Below are positions 55,339 to 64,000 of a stretch of 64,000 nucleotides of DNA, one piece after another (positions within the stretch are counted from its first letter, which is position 1; each line of letters opens with the position of its first letter). The notes below the pieces were generated by a model. That model saw only the letters and a program-made list of their open reading frames with translations. It did not search any database and was not told the origin of the DNA. This stretch comes from an uncultured bacterium (GTDB taxonomy: Bacteria > Edwardsbacteria > AC1 > EtOH8): the NCBI GenBank assembly GCA_964518765.1, contig CAZFJC010000004.1, positions 60,518 to 124,517 on the forward strand, in the 5' to 3' direction. The position numbers and the translations under genes are program-made.

Positions 55339-56009
55339 GCCGTTTCAGCCTTTTGCTGTTTGTTGATTACCATGAAGAACCTGTTGGTATACTGGTCGTA
55401 TTCCCTTAATAGTGCTTTATCCTTGCTTTCGGTCATATCGCAAGCCATGTTGCCTATGACGTTCTTCAATAATCCCAATAGCCTTGATCCTGGCCTACTG
55501 GCCCCCCGGCGGTAATCCCCATGGTAGTACAAGACAGCATTGTATCTGGCCGCCATCGACAACAGCTCCTCTGGCGTTGGCAAGCCGAAGCCTATGTGCT
55601 CGGCCAGATATTTCCTCGATGCTTCATCCAGCTTTGATTTTTCGTAAATGTATTTCTCGTGCTCGATGTGTCCCTCGGTTCCCAGCGGGGCGCATATCAC
55701 CACCCTCCTACTTGCCACCCTTAGCATCTCATCGATGAACGGATGCCGCTTTGCTTTAGGGATATGCTCCCGTGTGTCTGCGCTCACCACCGCTTCGCAG
55801 CTTCCGTCCCTAAAGGGCAGTTCCATGCCCGTGGCCATGACCGTTCCCGAGAAGATGTTAACTGAAACGACACGCTTGTCTTTCAGGAACCCCGATAAAG
55901 CTCCTTCCCCGCCTACGTCTAAAACCCTGGATATGTGGCTATCGATCAAAAGATAGGATAGACACTTATGCCTGTCGAATGTATCCCGGCCCATCAGGTA
56001 TTTACGCAT
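55335..56009 (-). CDS. Class I SAM-dependent methyltransferase
   Basis: VLDVGG, LPFRDGS, EHIP, EMLRVA. Confidence 0.8.
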   Translation of the reverse strand: MRKYLMGRDTFDRHKCLSYLLIDSHISRVLDVGGEGALSGFLKDKRVVSVNIFSGTVMATGMELPFRDGSCEAVVSADTREHIPKAKRHPFIDEMLRVASRRVVICAPLGTEGHIEHEKYIYEKSKLDEASRKYLAEHIGFGLPTPEELLSMAARYNAVLYYHGDYRRGASRPGSRLLGLLKNVIGNMACDMTESKDKALLREYDQYTNRFFMVINKQQKAETA

Positions 56010-57423
56010 TGCCGGCTTTCAATTGGAAATCGCTCAGCCCCAAGGCCACAATCACCGCCAGGAAGAACATGGCCTCGCGCGTCTGGTACACCGGCGTGGA
56101 GGAACCGACGAATATGGAGTTGAATATGGCAATGATGCCCAGGGTCGGCAGCAGGGAGGTAATGTTGTCTTTATTTTCCTTTCTTCGCTTATTATATAGT
56201 CTTTGCAGTATTTTAACCAGCATAACCAGCCAGAGGCCGAAGCCGATCAGCCCTCCCTTGGCTAAAAAGTTAATCATGTCGTTGTGGGTGAAATTCGAAT
56301 CCCAGAATCCGGAGCCTCCCATGCCCGAAACATGGTAACGCCAGAAATGGTAGATATAGCCAAAACCCATTCCGTAAAGTGGCGAGGATAGAAATTTATC
56401 GCTTGCCTGTTTTAACTCCACATTCCGGTTCATGATGGCGATGTCCTTGTGCCTGGCGCCGTAGATCCTCTCGGTTTGAACTCTCCACCACGAGCCCGTC
56501 CTGCCGTAGGACTTGAGGCTCACTGTATGTTCGGATGGTGCAAAATAGAACCAGGCCACTCCTATTATCGATGCCGCCATCAGGGCCAGCGAGGCCTTGC
56601 GGAACCGGCTGTAGAACAGGGACATCAGGCTTATGGTGAAGACCACCGATATCCATATCGTCCTGGTTATGGTCAGCATGGCACAGCCCAAAGCCAAAAG
56701 GGCTATCGCCGGCCAGAGTATCCTGGGCTTCACCTTATGAATGTAAAATATCGACCCCAGGCACAAAATTACGCCTATGTGGAAGGTGGTAATGCCATAA
56801 CGATATATGTTCAGGGGATTGAAGGTTATCGGCAGATACCTGCTGGAAAGGTTTATCAGGTCACGGGCAAGACCTATCGATATGGGTATCAACAAAAGAA
56901 GAACCAGCCATCTGTTGTTCCTGTCGCCCAATTGCTCGGCCAGCATCGGTATCAACAGCAAGTTCAAAAGCGGGGCTATGTCCCTGGCCCAGTCCATCAC
57001 TGTGAATCCGTTTGCCGGGCCCAGGAACGGCGAGAAGCAAAGATAGACGAAGAACAGGAATAGCCATTTATACTCCGGCCTGTTCCAGGCATGATCCCTG
57101 GCATTTAGTTTCTGCCACAGCCAGATGGCAAAAAGGAAAACGGTAAGCAGCAGCATAGCCAACTTGAGCACGTTGATGCTGTCGCTCTGGGGGATTGACG
57201 GGTAAACCAGAAAGTAGAGCGTCGTGCCAAAGACCGGCCGCCATATGATGAAGACCGAGGCCAGGACCAGACCCAGTATGGGCAGCATCTGAGAGGCCGG
57301 GTACATGACCAACCGCAAGGCGAAGGCGCTGGCCAGCAGGATGTATAAGGTCGCTATAATAACCTCCCGCGTCCCTTTACTTAAACCCGGTATTCTTGAA
57401 ATTGAATGCCACACACCGTTCAT
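56002..57423 (-). CDS. O-antigen ligase/polymerase (Wzy_C) family membrane protein
   Basis: About 12 TM, T.TRT.W, SPLYGMGFG, THND...GLIG. Confidence 0.85.
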   Translation of the reverse strand: MNGVWHSISRIPGLSKGTREVIIATLYILLASAFALRLVMYPASQMLPILGLVLASVFIIWRPVFGTTLYFLVYPSIPQSDSINVLKLAMLLLTVFLFAIWLWQKLNARDHAWNRPEYKWLFLFFVYLCFSPFLGPANGFTVMDWARDIAPLLNLLLIPMLAEQLGDRNNRWLVLLLLIPISIGLARDLINLSSRYLPITFNPLNIYRYGITTFHIGVILCLGSIFYIHKVKPRILWPAIALLALGCAMLTITRTIWISVVFTISLMSLFYSRFRKASLALMAASIIGVAWFYFAPSEHTVSLKSYGRTGSWWRVQTERIYGARHKDIAIMNRNVELKQASDKFLSSPLYGMGFGYIYHFWRYHVSGMGGSGFWDSNFTHNDMINFLAKGGLIGFGLWLVMLVKILQRLYNKRRKENKDNITSLLPTLGIIAIFNSIFVGSSTPVYQTREAMFFLAVIVALGLSDFQLKAGNA

Positions 57424-57427
57424 GCGC

Positions 57428-58522
57428 TCATGACCTCTTGGCCGCTGTTTCTTTAAGTATCCGGTAGACTTCCTGCCCGGCCCTTTCCCAGGAGAATAAT
57501 TTTACCCTCTTTAACCCTTTCTCTACCATTTGCGCACGAAGGCTTTTATTCGACAGAACTTCTTCCATCGCATCTGCCATGGCGGTCACGTCGTAGGGAT
57601 CGAAATAACGGACGGCATCGCCTCCCACCTCGGGCAGGGAGGCGGCATTGGAGCAGACCACCGGACAGCCGCAGGCCATGGCCTCCAGCACCGGCAGTCC
57701 GAAACCCTCCACCAGGCTGGGGAAGACGAAGAGCTTGGCCGTCCGGTACAGCCCGATTATTCTTTCGTCGCCGGGGTTCTCGATGACCTCGACGCCCTCC
57801 GAGATTCCCTTGGCCTTTACCAGGGCTGGCATGTCGTAATAAAGCTGGCGGTACCCGCTGGACACGCTGCGGCCCGCCAGGACCAGCCGGCCGCGGTAGC
57901 CTAGGGTCCGGAGTCGGACGAACGCGTCGAGCAGCCGCTCCAGGTTCTTCCGCCGGTCAAAACCGCCTACGTAGAGAATGAAATTCTCCCGGCCGCCTCC
58001 TATGGGGGGGGTGAACTTCTCGGAAACGCCGTTATGGATGACGCGTATATCGCCTGAAGGTATCCGGCAGTGCCTGCTTATCTTCTCAGCCGAATAGTGG
58101 GACACCGTGGCCACCGCTTTGGCCACGTATTTGAGCCTCAGCATCTGGGCCTTCACCTGCATGGCGTCGAAAAGTCCCCGCCGATATTCGGCCAGCAGGG
58201 TTGCTTGGGCGATATCGTGCACCACCACCACGGTGGGCGTCCACGGCCATAGCCAGAAATCGTTGGCCGGGAAAAGCATGACGTCGATGCCGTCCTTTAG
58301 GGCGACCCGGGGCAAGGTCCAATTGAGCCAGGGTCGTAAAAACTGCTTGGGGAGGTGCCTTAAGACGTACCTGTCCCCAAGATTAATCTCCACCGCCGTC
58401 GGGCTGTAAAGCATGAACTCGCCGCCGCCGCTGGTCCTCCGCCAGGCCTCCAAAATTTCCGAGAGGTAGCGGCCCGGACCCCTGCCCTGTGCCAGGGCGC
58501 TGATGTCAATCCCTATCTTCAT
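57428..58522 (-). CDS. GT4 glycosyltransferase
   Basis: RKNL.RL, FPSLVEGFGLPVLEAMACG. Confidence 0.94.
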   Translation of the reverse strand: MKIGIDISALAQGRGPGRYLSEILEAWRRTSGGGEFMLYSPTAVEINLGDRYVLRHLPKQFLRPWLNWTLPRVALKDGIDVMLFPANDFWLWPWTPTVVVVHDIAQATLLAEYRRGLFDAMQVKAQMLRLKYVAKAVATVSHYSAEKISRHCRIPSGDIRVIHNGVSEKFTPPIGGGRENFILYVGGFDRRKNLERLLDAFVRLRTLGYRGRLVLAGRSVSSGYRQLYYDMPALVKAKGISEGVEVIENPGDERIIGLYRTAKLFVFPSLVEGFGLPVLEAMACGCPVVCSNAASLPEVGGDAVRYFDPYDVTAMADAMEEVLSNKSLRAQMVEKGLKRVKLFSWERAGQEVYRILKETAAKRS

Positions 58523-59465
58523 GCGGTTTATTTTCGGCGCCTTCCGAGGCGAGCCTCAAGCCGTATGCGTAGCTCATTCGGCACAGTAGGTCCAGTAGGC
58601 GCTCGGCCATCCTTGCCGGAACAATCCCCACGGAGGCGCGCAGCAGCGACCTGGCCAGCTTAAGAAGTTGTTTCTTGAGGAGGGGCCTGTAGATCGATCT
58701 CCCCGGACACAGTATACCGGCTACCGATATCTCCCTGGCCAACTCCGGATGCAGCCTGGCGAAAACAAAGGCGGATCTGCCCCAATCCACCCACTTGTCC
58801 AGATAGGCGTCAAGGGTCTCGCGGTTGGCATGCCGCCCCACCGCCTGCTTTTCGAACACCATTCTCGTCCCCCGCCGCTTGATCCGGTAGCCCAGTTCCG
58901 TATCCTCGCAACTATAGCCCTTGAAGGACTCGTCGAACATCCCCACCATAGGCAACAGGCCGCGCGGGACGGAGCAGTTGCCCGTAAGGAAGAAGTTGTA
59001 CCTCAGGTCGTCCTTCTCGACCTCCATAATTCTATGTAGTCTTTCCATGCGGCGGCGGTAATGACCGTTCACCGGGTCCCGGGGCACGCCTTCGTCAACC
59101 GGCACCGCCCCCACCACCACGCCGCCGCCGATCTCCCTTTGCTTGTCGTAATGCGCCTGCAACAGCTGAGGCTCGGCCCAGATGTCGTCGTCCAGCATCA
59201 GCACGTACTCGCCCCTAGCGGCCTTTATACCTCGGTTCCTGGCGGCCGCCCGGCCCAGGTTCTTGTCCAGACGTATCATATTCCATCTTTTTCTGCACCC
59301 CAGGCCGAATCCAAGTTCCGGAAGCGGTTCGGTCGACGCATCGTCGACCACGATGACCTCGTAACTGAAACCACACTCCTGACGTTCCAGGCAGTCCAGT
59401 GTCCTGGCGAGTATTTCTGGACGGTTATGCGTCGGTATGACGACGCTGAATATCGGACGTTTCAT
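58506..59465 (-). CDS. GT2 glycosyltransferase
   Basis: VVIPTHNR, VDDAST, GRAAARN.G, LDDD, EDTELGYR. Confidence 0.92.
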   Translation of the reverse strand: MKRPIFSVVIPTHNRPEILARTLDCLERQECGFSYEVIVVDDASTEPLPELGFGLGCRKRWNMIRLDKNLGRAAARNRGIKAARGEYVLMLDDDIWAEPQLLQAHYDKQREIGGGVVVGAVPVDEGVPRDPVNGHYRRRMERLHRIMEVEKDDLRYNFFLTGNCSVPRGLLPMVGMFDESFKGYSCEDTELGYRIKRRGTRMVFEKQAVGRHANRETLDAYLDKWVDWGRSAFVFARLHPELAREISVAGILCPGRSIYRPLLKKQLLKLARSLLRASVGIVPARMAERLLDLLCRMSYAYGLRLASEGAENKPHEDRD

Positions 59466-60357
59466 TTATTATGGCGAAGGCGTAGTTGGGCGCCATCAGG
59501 GACTGGACGCTAGTCAGACTTAAAAGCTTCACCACCAGGGCGTCAAGCCCCAGGGCCCTGAGCAGGCCGAAAGCCTTCCTGGCCGCCGCGTTCCTCACCG
59601 CTATCCGGCCGCCGATCTTGCCGGCTATCAGGCCCATGTCGGGCTGTACCATGCAATACTTCAGGCCCAATGCCCTCAGGTGGCCCATGAACTGGAACGG
59701 GGAGATGAAAACGTTGGTGCTGTATTCCTTTTCGCGCTTGAACAATTTTGTGACTATGAACGCGGCGACGCTTCGTGGCAATAACGCCACCAGCGGCAGC
59801 CGGTAGTGCTTGTCTCTTATTATCTGTCTTATGGCGTATCGATTGGGAAAGTTGACGTAAAGCATGCCTCCAGGCCTGAGAAGCGACAGCATGTCGTCCA
59901 GGCTGCCATACGGGTCGGAGATGTGCTCCAGCAGGTGGTTGCAGATAATGACGTTGGCCGTTCCCCGCTTGAAGGGCAATCGGCCGGCGCAGGCCCTTAC
60001 CAGCTCCCAGGCCAAGCCCTTCTCCTTCATAAACTCCCTCTGGAAAGCCAGCCTAAAGACCGACAGCTCCAGGCTTATCACCCGGGCGCCCTCCTCGGCG
60101 AATCTGTATGATTAGTAACCGTTGCCGGAACCTACGTCTATCAACACCTTGCCCTCAAGTCTGGTCAGCCTTTTGATCGTGTCCGGCAAAAGTGTTTTGC
60201 GCCTGCCCAGAATGCTTTCCAAATGGTATAGCGTCAGTTTCTCCCTCTGGCGCTTGTCGTATATGCCCTGCTCGATAAGCTCCAGCAGCCGCCTGTTCCT
60301 AATGCCTTCTTTTAGTGCGTCTAGGCTCAAGCCGCGAACCTCACATGCAGTCCACAT
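59425..60357 (-). pseudogene. Class I methyltransferase interrupted by an in-frame TAA
   Basis: LIDVGSGNGY*SYRFAEEGARVISLE...LPF...NHLLEHI...LRPGG; the two ORFs are in the same frame with stop at 60112-60114. Confidence 0.8.
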
Positions 60358-61357
60358 CGCCCATGGAGAAATTCCAGTATCCTGGTCTCAGGGCCAGCGA
60401 AGCATTCTCCATCGATGGGTTTGGGTAGACTATAAGCGGCTGGGGAGGGTACAATCCAAAAGGCCTGAAGCGGCTCTCCCATACCCTCCAGCCGTTGTTC
60501 ATAAGTGCCCTTGCGGCCAGCCTATTGCCCAGGATCCAGGCGTGGCTCATGTCCTGTCCCTGGGATCGCCATATTTTGTTAAGCGCCTTGGCCAGCGCCT
60601 TGTAGGCGTCGGTGTCCATCTCGCCGTACATCTCCAGCAGGTTCCCGCCTCGGATGACGGCGAATCCCTTGAGCCTGCCTTCATCTTCGACCGTCAGCAC
60701 CTGGTATTTGTAAAACGGGTGTCTTGAATACCTCCATTTGAGGTAGTTCGAGTCCTTTACGGTGGATATATGGTGATCGCTCTTGGTCCTCATCCAAAGC
60801 TGGTCGAATCGCTCGTCGAAACCCTTGACCATCCGCACCCGGTAGCTGTGGTAGGCCATGCGGAAACCGGCAGTATCCTTAATATTTGTTTTTACGCCAA
60901 GGATGGCCCTGAGGACTCGCCATTTACTTATATTAACATAGTATGGAAGCACAGCCACTTTACGATGACCAAGTTTATTGACGTATCCAGGATAGGACAT
61001 TTTCCCCGGCGCGCTATATCTAAACAGATAATTGCGTATATTCATTTCTTCGAGAAGCCTCTGGGTGAGTCTGGTAAACAGACCCTGCCCCCTATAGGCG
61101 CCGTCGACCATTGTGTCACCGCCCTGGCATGCAGTGACTTCCGAGCCCTCGATTACGAATTTATATGGGCATAGCGCAACAAATCCAACCAGCTTTTCGT
61201 CTTCCCAGGCGCCGAAGCCGAAGGCCTTTCCGGCCGGGCTCTCCAGGAACTTCCAGTTGACGTACGCCTGATCCACTGCCCTTCCGTAGACCGAGTGGTA
61301 AAGGCCGCAGAATTGGCTCCAGTTCTTGACGAAGTCGAATGGCCTTATGTCGATCAT
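60341..61357 (-). CDS. GNAT-family acyltransferase
   Basis: WKFLESPAG, DTMVDGAYRGQGLF, YLKWRY..HP. Confidence 0.85.
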   Translation of the reverse strand: MIDIRPFDFVKNWSQFCGLYHSVYGRAVDQAYVNWKFLESPAGKAFGFGAWEDEKLVGFVALCPYKFVIEGSEVTACQGGDTMVDGAYRGQGLFTRLTQRLLEEMNIRNYLFRYSAPGKMSYPGYVNKLGHRKVAVLPYYVNISKWRVLRAILGVKTNIKDTAGFRMAYHSYRVRMVKGFDERFDQLWMRTKSDHHISTVKDSNYLKWRYSRHPFYKYQVLTVEDEGRLKGFAVIRGGNLLEMYGEMDTDAYKALAKALNKIWRSQGQDMSHAWILGNRLAARALMNNGWRVWESRFRPFGLYPPQPLIVYPNPSMENASLALRPGYWNFSMGDVDCM

Positions 61358-61367
61358 GGCTTTTTTC

Positions 61368-61413
61368 TGTCACCCGGAGACTAGCTTATTCGCCTTACTG
61401 GTTGAAGGGTGAC
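61368..61413. repeat. REP-like element, truncated copy D
   Basis: TGTCACCCGGAG...TTGAAGGGTGAC. Confidence 0.7.
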
Positions 61414-61426
61414 GACTAAGCAAGTA

Positions 61427-62104
61427 TTATTTTCTCCTTATCTTCTCCACTACCGTCCCCGGCAGCTCCCATATGTTCTTCAGGTCGTAAAGGCCGGATA
61501 TCTTTGCCCTCAGCATCCATTCGCTGTCCAAGCCCGATATCTCTATCCTCCTGGTTCGATACGGGTCCCCCCACCCCGCCCAGATGGAGCCGCTGGTGGT
61601 GAAAGCCCGAACGTAGCCCGCCTCTTTGACAGCCTCGATCACCCGCTGGTTAAAATAGCCGTAGGGGTAGGCGAACGTGTCGACCTTGACCCCAAGCCTG
61701 TCCTCGAGCATTTTTCTGGAACCACTCACTTCATTATGTAAGGCTACATCATCTAGAAATCGCAAATCACGGTGAGTGAATCCATGACTGCCGATATTTA
61801 CGCCGTCTCTCTGGAGTTCCCTAGCCTGACTCCAATTAAGTATTCGCCTGCCGGCTAGCACGCCCTGGGTATCCCAGTCATTGATGCCTCCCATCCGCCC
61901 TGATACTAAGAATAACATTATCTTTGCCGACCAACGCCTATAGAAATCCCTTCCCTCTGTAATATTGTCCAGATAACCGTCGTCAAATGTTATTAGATCT
62001 TGCTTTCTGCAATTTTCAAAAAGTCTAAGACGCTGTGGTTCTAGCGTATACTTACTGGCTGGTTTGCCAAGTGCATGCAGCATGAATATTCGACGCATGA
62101 TCAT
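61427..62104 (-). CDS. Polysaccharide deacetylase (NodB-like)
   Basis: ITFDDGY, IGSHGFTH, FAYPYG; start may be 62098. Confidence 0.9.
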   Translation of the reverse strand: MIMRRIFMLHALGKPASKYTLEPQRLRLFENCRKQDLITFDDGYLDNITEGRDFYRRWSAKIMLFLVSGRMGGINDWDTQGVLAGRRILNWSQARELQRDGVNIGSHGFTHRDLRFLDDVALHNEVSGSRKMLEDRLGVKVDTFAYPYGYFNQRVIEAVKEAGYVRAFTTSGSIWAGWGDPYRTRRIEISGLDSEWMLRAKISGLYDLKNIWELPGTVVEKIRRK

Positions 62105-62389
62105 ATACTTGATATAAGCCTATTTGCCATTTTTTCAGTCCTTATCTTACGCCCTTTGATATATAAATGACAAACCGTGTCGTAGAAGTATCTGGATGGA
62201 TAGACGTCCTCCTCCGGTTTAGAAATTACGGAAATATATTTGATGTGTTATTTTCATATGTGTTTAGTTTCACCAGGTTGTTGACAGTAGTGGTATAATT
62301 AAAATACCCTAACTCAAACTGCCTGAAGAAGTGGTGAAACTGTACAGGTAATTGAATAGAATTTGTAATAAGTATTTTGTCCAATCGCT

Positions 62390-63316
62390 CTAATAGATAT
62401 TGTGCTCTATCTCCTCCACGTTCAGCCTGGACTTCACCTTGGCCAGCACCCGGTCCATGCCCTGCTCTACCGATATGGAAGGCTCGAAACCCAGCAGGTC
62501 CCTCATTCTCTTGAGTCCCGGGTATTTCTCCAGAGTCATCCGGCCGGGCAGGTCCACCAGCTCCACCAGCTTTCCGAAGTCGGCCCTGGTCTTCTGACAC
62601 ATGTAGCGGGCCAGGTACTCGGTCTCCACCACCCGAGGGTGGCCGATGTTCACCGCGGTGTATTCATTGAGCTCCATGGCCTTGATGATGGCCGAAACCG
62701 CGTCGTCCATGTGCATCCAGCTGCGCTTGGAGTTCTTGTGGACGGTGATCTTCTCCCCCCTCAGGATGCCCTCAGCGAACCGGATCATGGCCGAGCGGTG
62801 GTCGCCCATGGTCTCGTCCTCGTCGTAGAACATGAAGGGACGGATGGTGACGGCTTTGAGCCCGTGGTTTTTAACCTCGTACTCCACGATCTTCTCGGCC
62901 AGCCACTTGGTCAGGCCGTAGCGGTTGTTGGGGGCGATGTCCGGCCTCTCCTCGTGCATCTCGCCGGTGATGTTGCCGTAGATCTCCGAGGTGGAGAAGT
63001 TGATCATCTTGGCGCCGACGTTCTTGCACAGCTGGGCCACGTTGTTGGTGCCCGAAAGGTTGGTGTCGATGGTCAGGTGCGGCGCCTGCTCGCAGGTCAC
63101 CCGGCTGACCATGGCCGCCAGGTGGAAGACCACCTCCGGCTTGAACCTCAGGGCGTCGTCGTAGAGATCCCCCAGGGAGACGATGTCTGTCTGGGCGTAG
63201 TCCGGGGCGTAGTGCTGGATGATGTCCGAGCGCATCACCTGGTGGCCGGCCGCCCGCAGGCGCTTGACCAGCTTGGTGCCGATGTTGCCCTCGCTGCCTA
63301 TTACCAGGATCTTCAT
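62390..63316 (-). CDS. NAD-dependent sugar epimerase/dehydratase
   Basis: G.EGNIG, FHLAA, STSEIYG, YGLTK. Confidence 0.92.
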   Translation of the reverse strand: MKILVIGSEGNIGTKLVKRLRAAGHQVMRSDIIQHYAPDYAQTDIVSLGDLYDDALRFKPEVVFHLAAMVSRVTCEQAPHLTIDTNLSGTNNVAQLCKNVGAKMINFSTSEIYGNITGEMHEERPDIAPNNRYGLTKWLAEKIVEYEVKNHGLKAVTIRPFMFYDEDETMGDHRSAMIRFAEGILRGEKITVHKNSKRSWMHMDDAVSAIIKAMELNEYTAVNIGHPRVVETEYLARYMCQKTRADFGKLVELVDLPGRMTLEKYPGLKRMRDLLGFEPSISVEQGMDRVLAKVKSRLNVEEIEHNIY

Positions 63317-63328
63317 GTCATATCCTTT

Positions 63329-64000
63329 TCAAATATTTCGTCTGGTGTGGTACAGGTAACCCAGGGCCCCCGCCATGATGGGTGCCAGGACCGCCGCCTT
63401 GAGGGCTAGCGAGACCATCGGTCTTACAGCTCCGACGGAGGATATCAGCGCCGCCGCCAAGGCACAGGCACCCAGTATTGTCATTATCTTCAACCATGGC
63501 ACCTCGAGCCGTTCCAGCCGTTGGGACAACGTGAAGTTTAGGGCCATCAAAAAGGCATATCCGACCAGTGTGGCCCAGGCCGCGCCTGCGATCCCCATCC
63601 GCGGCAGCAGCAGCAGGTTGGCGGCGATGTTGGCCGCAGCGGCGGCTGCGTAAGTCAGACTAACCAACTGTAGCCTGCTCTTCAGGAAGAAAGTGGGCAG
63701 GAAGTAGTTGGACAGGGCGGCGCACATCTGTCCCGCCAGTAGTATCAGAACCAGGCTGCCGGCACGGTGGTACTGGGATGGCGTCAGAAGTCTTATCAGG
63801 TCCGGCGAGGCCGCAAGCATCATCAGCAGGGCCGCCCCGCAGCCTATCAGGAATACCGGAAGGAATTCGCCCATCTGCGACACAAAGTTCCGCCGGCTCC
63901 GGGCGTTCACGGCGAACATGTGCGGCCTCCAGGCCGCCAGTACCGGATTTATTAGAAACATGATAGCCATGCCGAAGGTGTAGCCTACCGCGTAGATGCC
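63329..64000 (-). CDS. Wzx-type oligosaccharide flippase, C-terminal part (runs off window)
   Basis: GIYAVGYTFG, AWRP, NIAANLLLLPRMGIAGAAWATL. Confidence 0.85.
   Translation of the reverse strand, partial: GIYAVGYTFGMAIMFLINPVLAAWRPHMFAVNARSRRNFVSQMGEFLPVFLIGCGAALLMMLAASPDLIRLLTPSQYHRAGSLVLILLAGQMCAALSNYFLPTFFLKSRLQLVSLTYAAAAAANIAANLLLLPRMGIAGAAWATLVGYAFLMALNFTLSQRLERLEVPWLKIMTILGACALAAALISSVGAVRPMVSLALKAAVLAPIMAGALGYLYHTRRNI

Noticed and set aside
62168-62299. 43-aa plus-strand ORF in the AT-rich gap
   Set aside because: No SD, antisense to the operon, no recognisable features
374-63409. Many long antisense or overlapping ORFs in the track (e.g. 374-1249 -, 4645-5862 -, 19294-20271 -, 36267-37058 +, 41964-43103 +, 45833-46930 -, 62402-63409 +)
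   Set aside because: Shadow frames of well-supported genes in GC-rich DNA; no recognisable motifs or start signals

Overview
GC-rich window from a diderm bacterium (lpxK and several beta-barrel proteins). The gene content suggests an anaerobic, possibly FCB-affiliated candidate lineage; this is inference only. Left half (+ strand): aminotransferase; ABC ATPase plus permease-M1 aminopeptidase fusion; candidate 6S RNA; dut-MFS-DUF58; a PAS/GAF kinase-RR-HD-GYP cassette; an ECF sigma/anti-sigma locus with SigW-like promoters; a wHTH/Ntn-hydrolase operon; a decayed TonB-receptor remnant; and an M16 peptidase pair. Right half (- strand): TPR protein, wcaJ-like/dus/lpxK/nadA, gcvT-H-PA without gcvPB, dacB, pgi, pfkA, and a >20 kb surface-glycan locus running off the window end. 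That locus contains an inserted AAA+/PD-(D/E)xK gene, a ~440-nt structured non-coding element, REP-like repeats and a nonsense-disrupted methyltransferase. No rRNA, tRNA, CRISPR array or transposase was seen. The most notable observation is the ECF circuit at 17.6-21.7 kb: TGAAAC-N16/17-CGTATT promoters precede an unannotated 30-aa membrane peptide and the anti-sigma operon but not the sigma gene, which looks leaderless from an insulated sigma70 promoter. All motifs and pairings were read by eye; no searches or folding were run.
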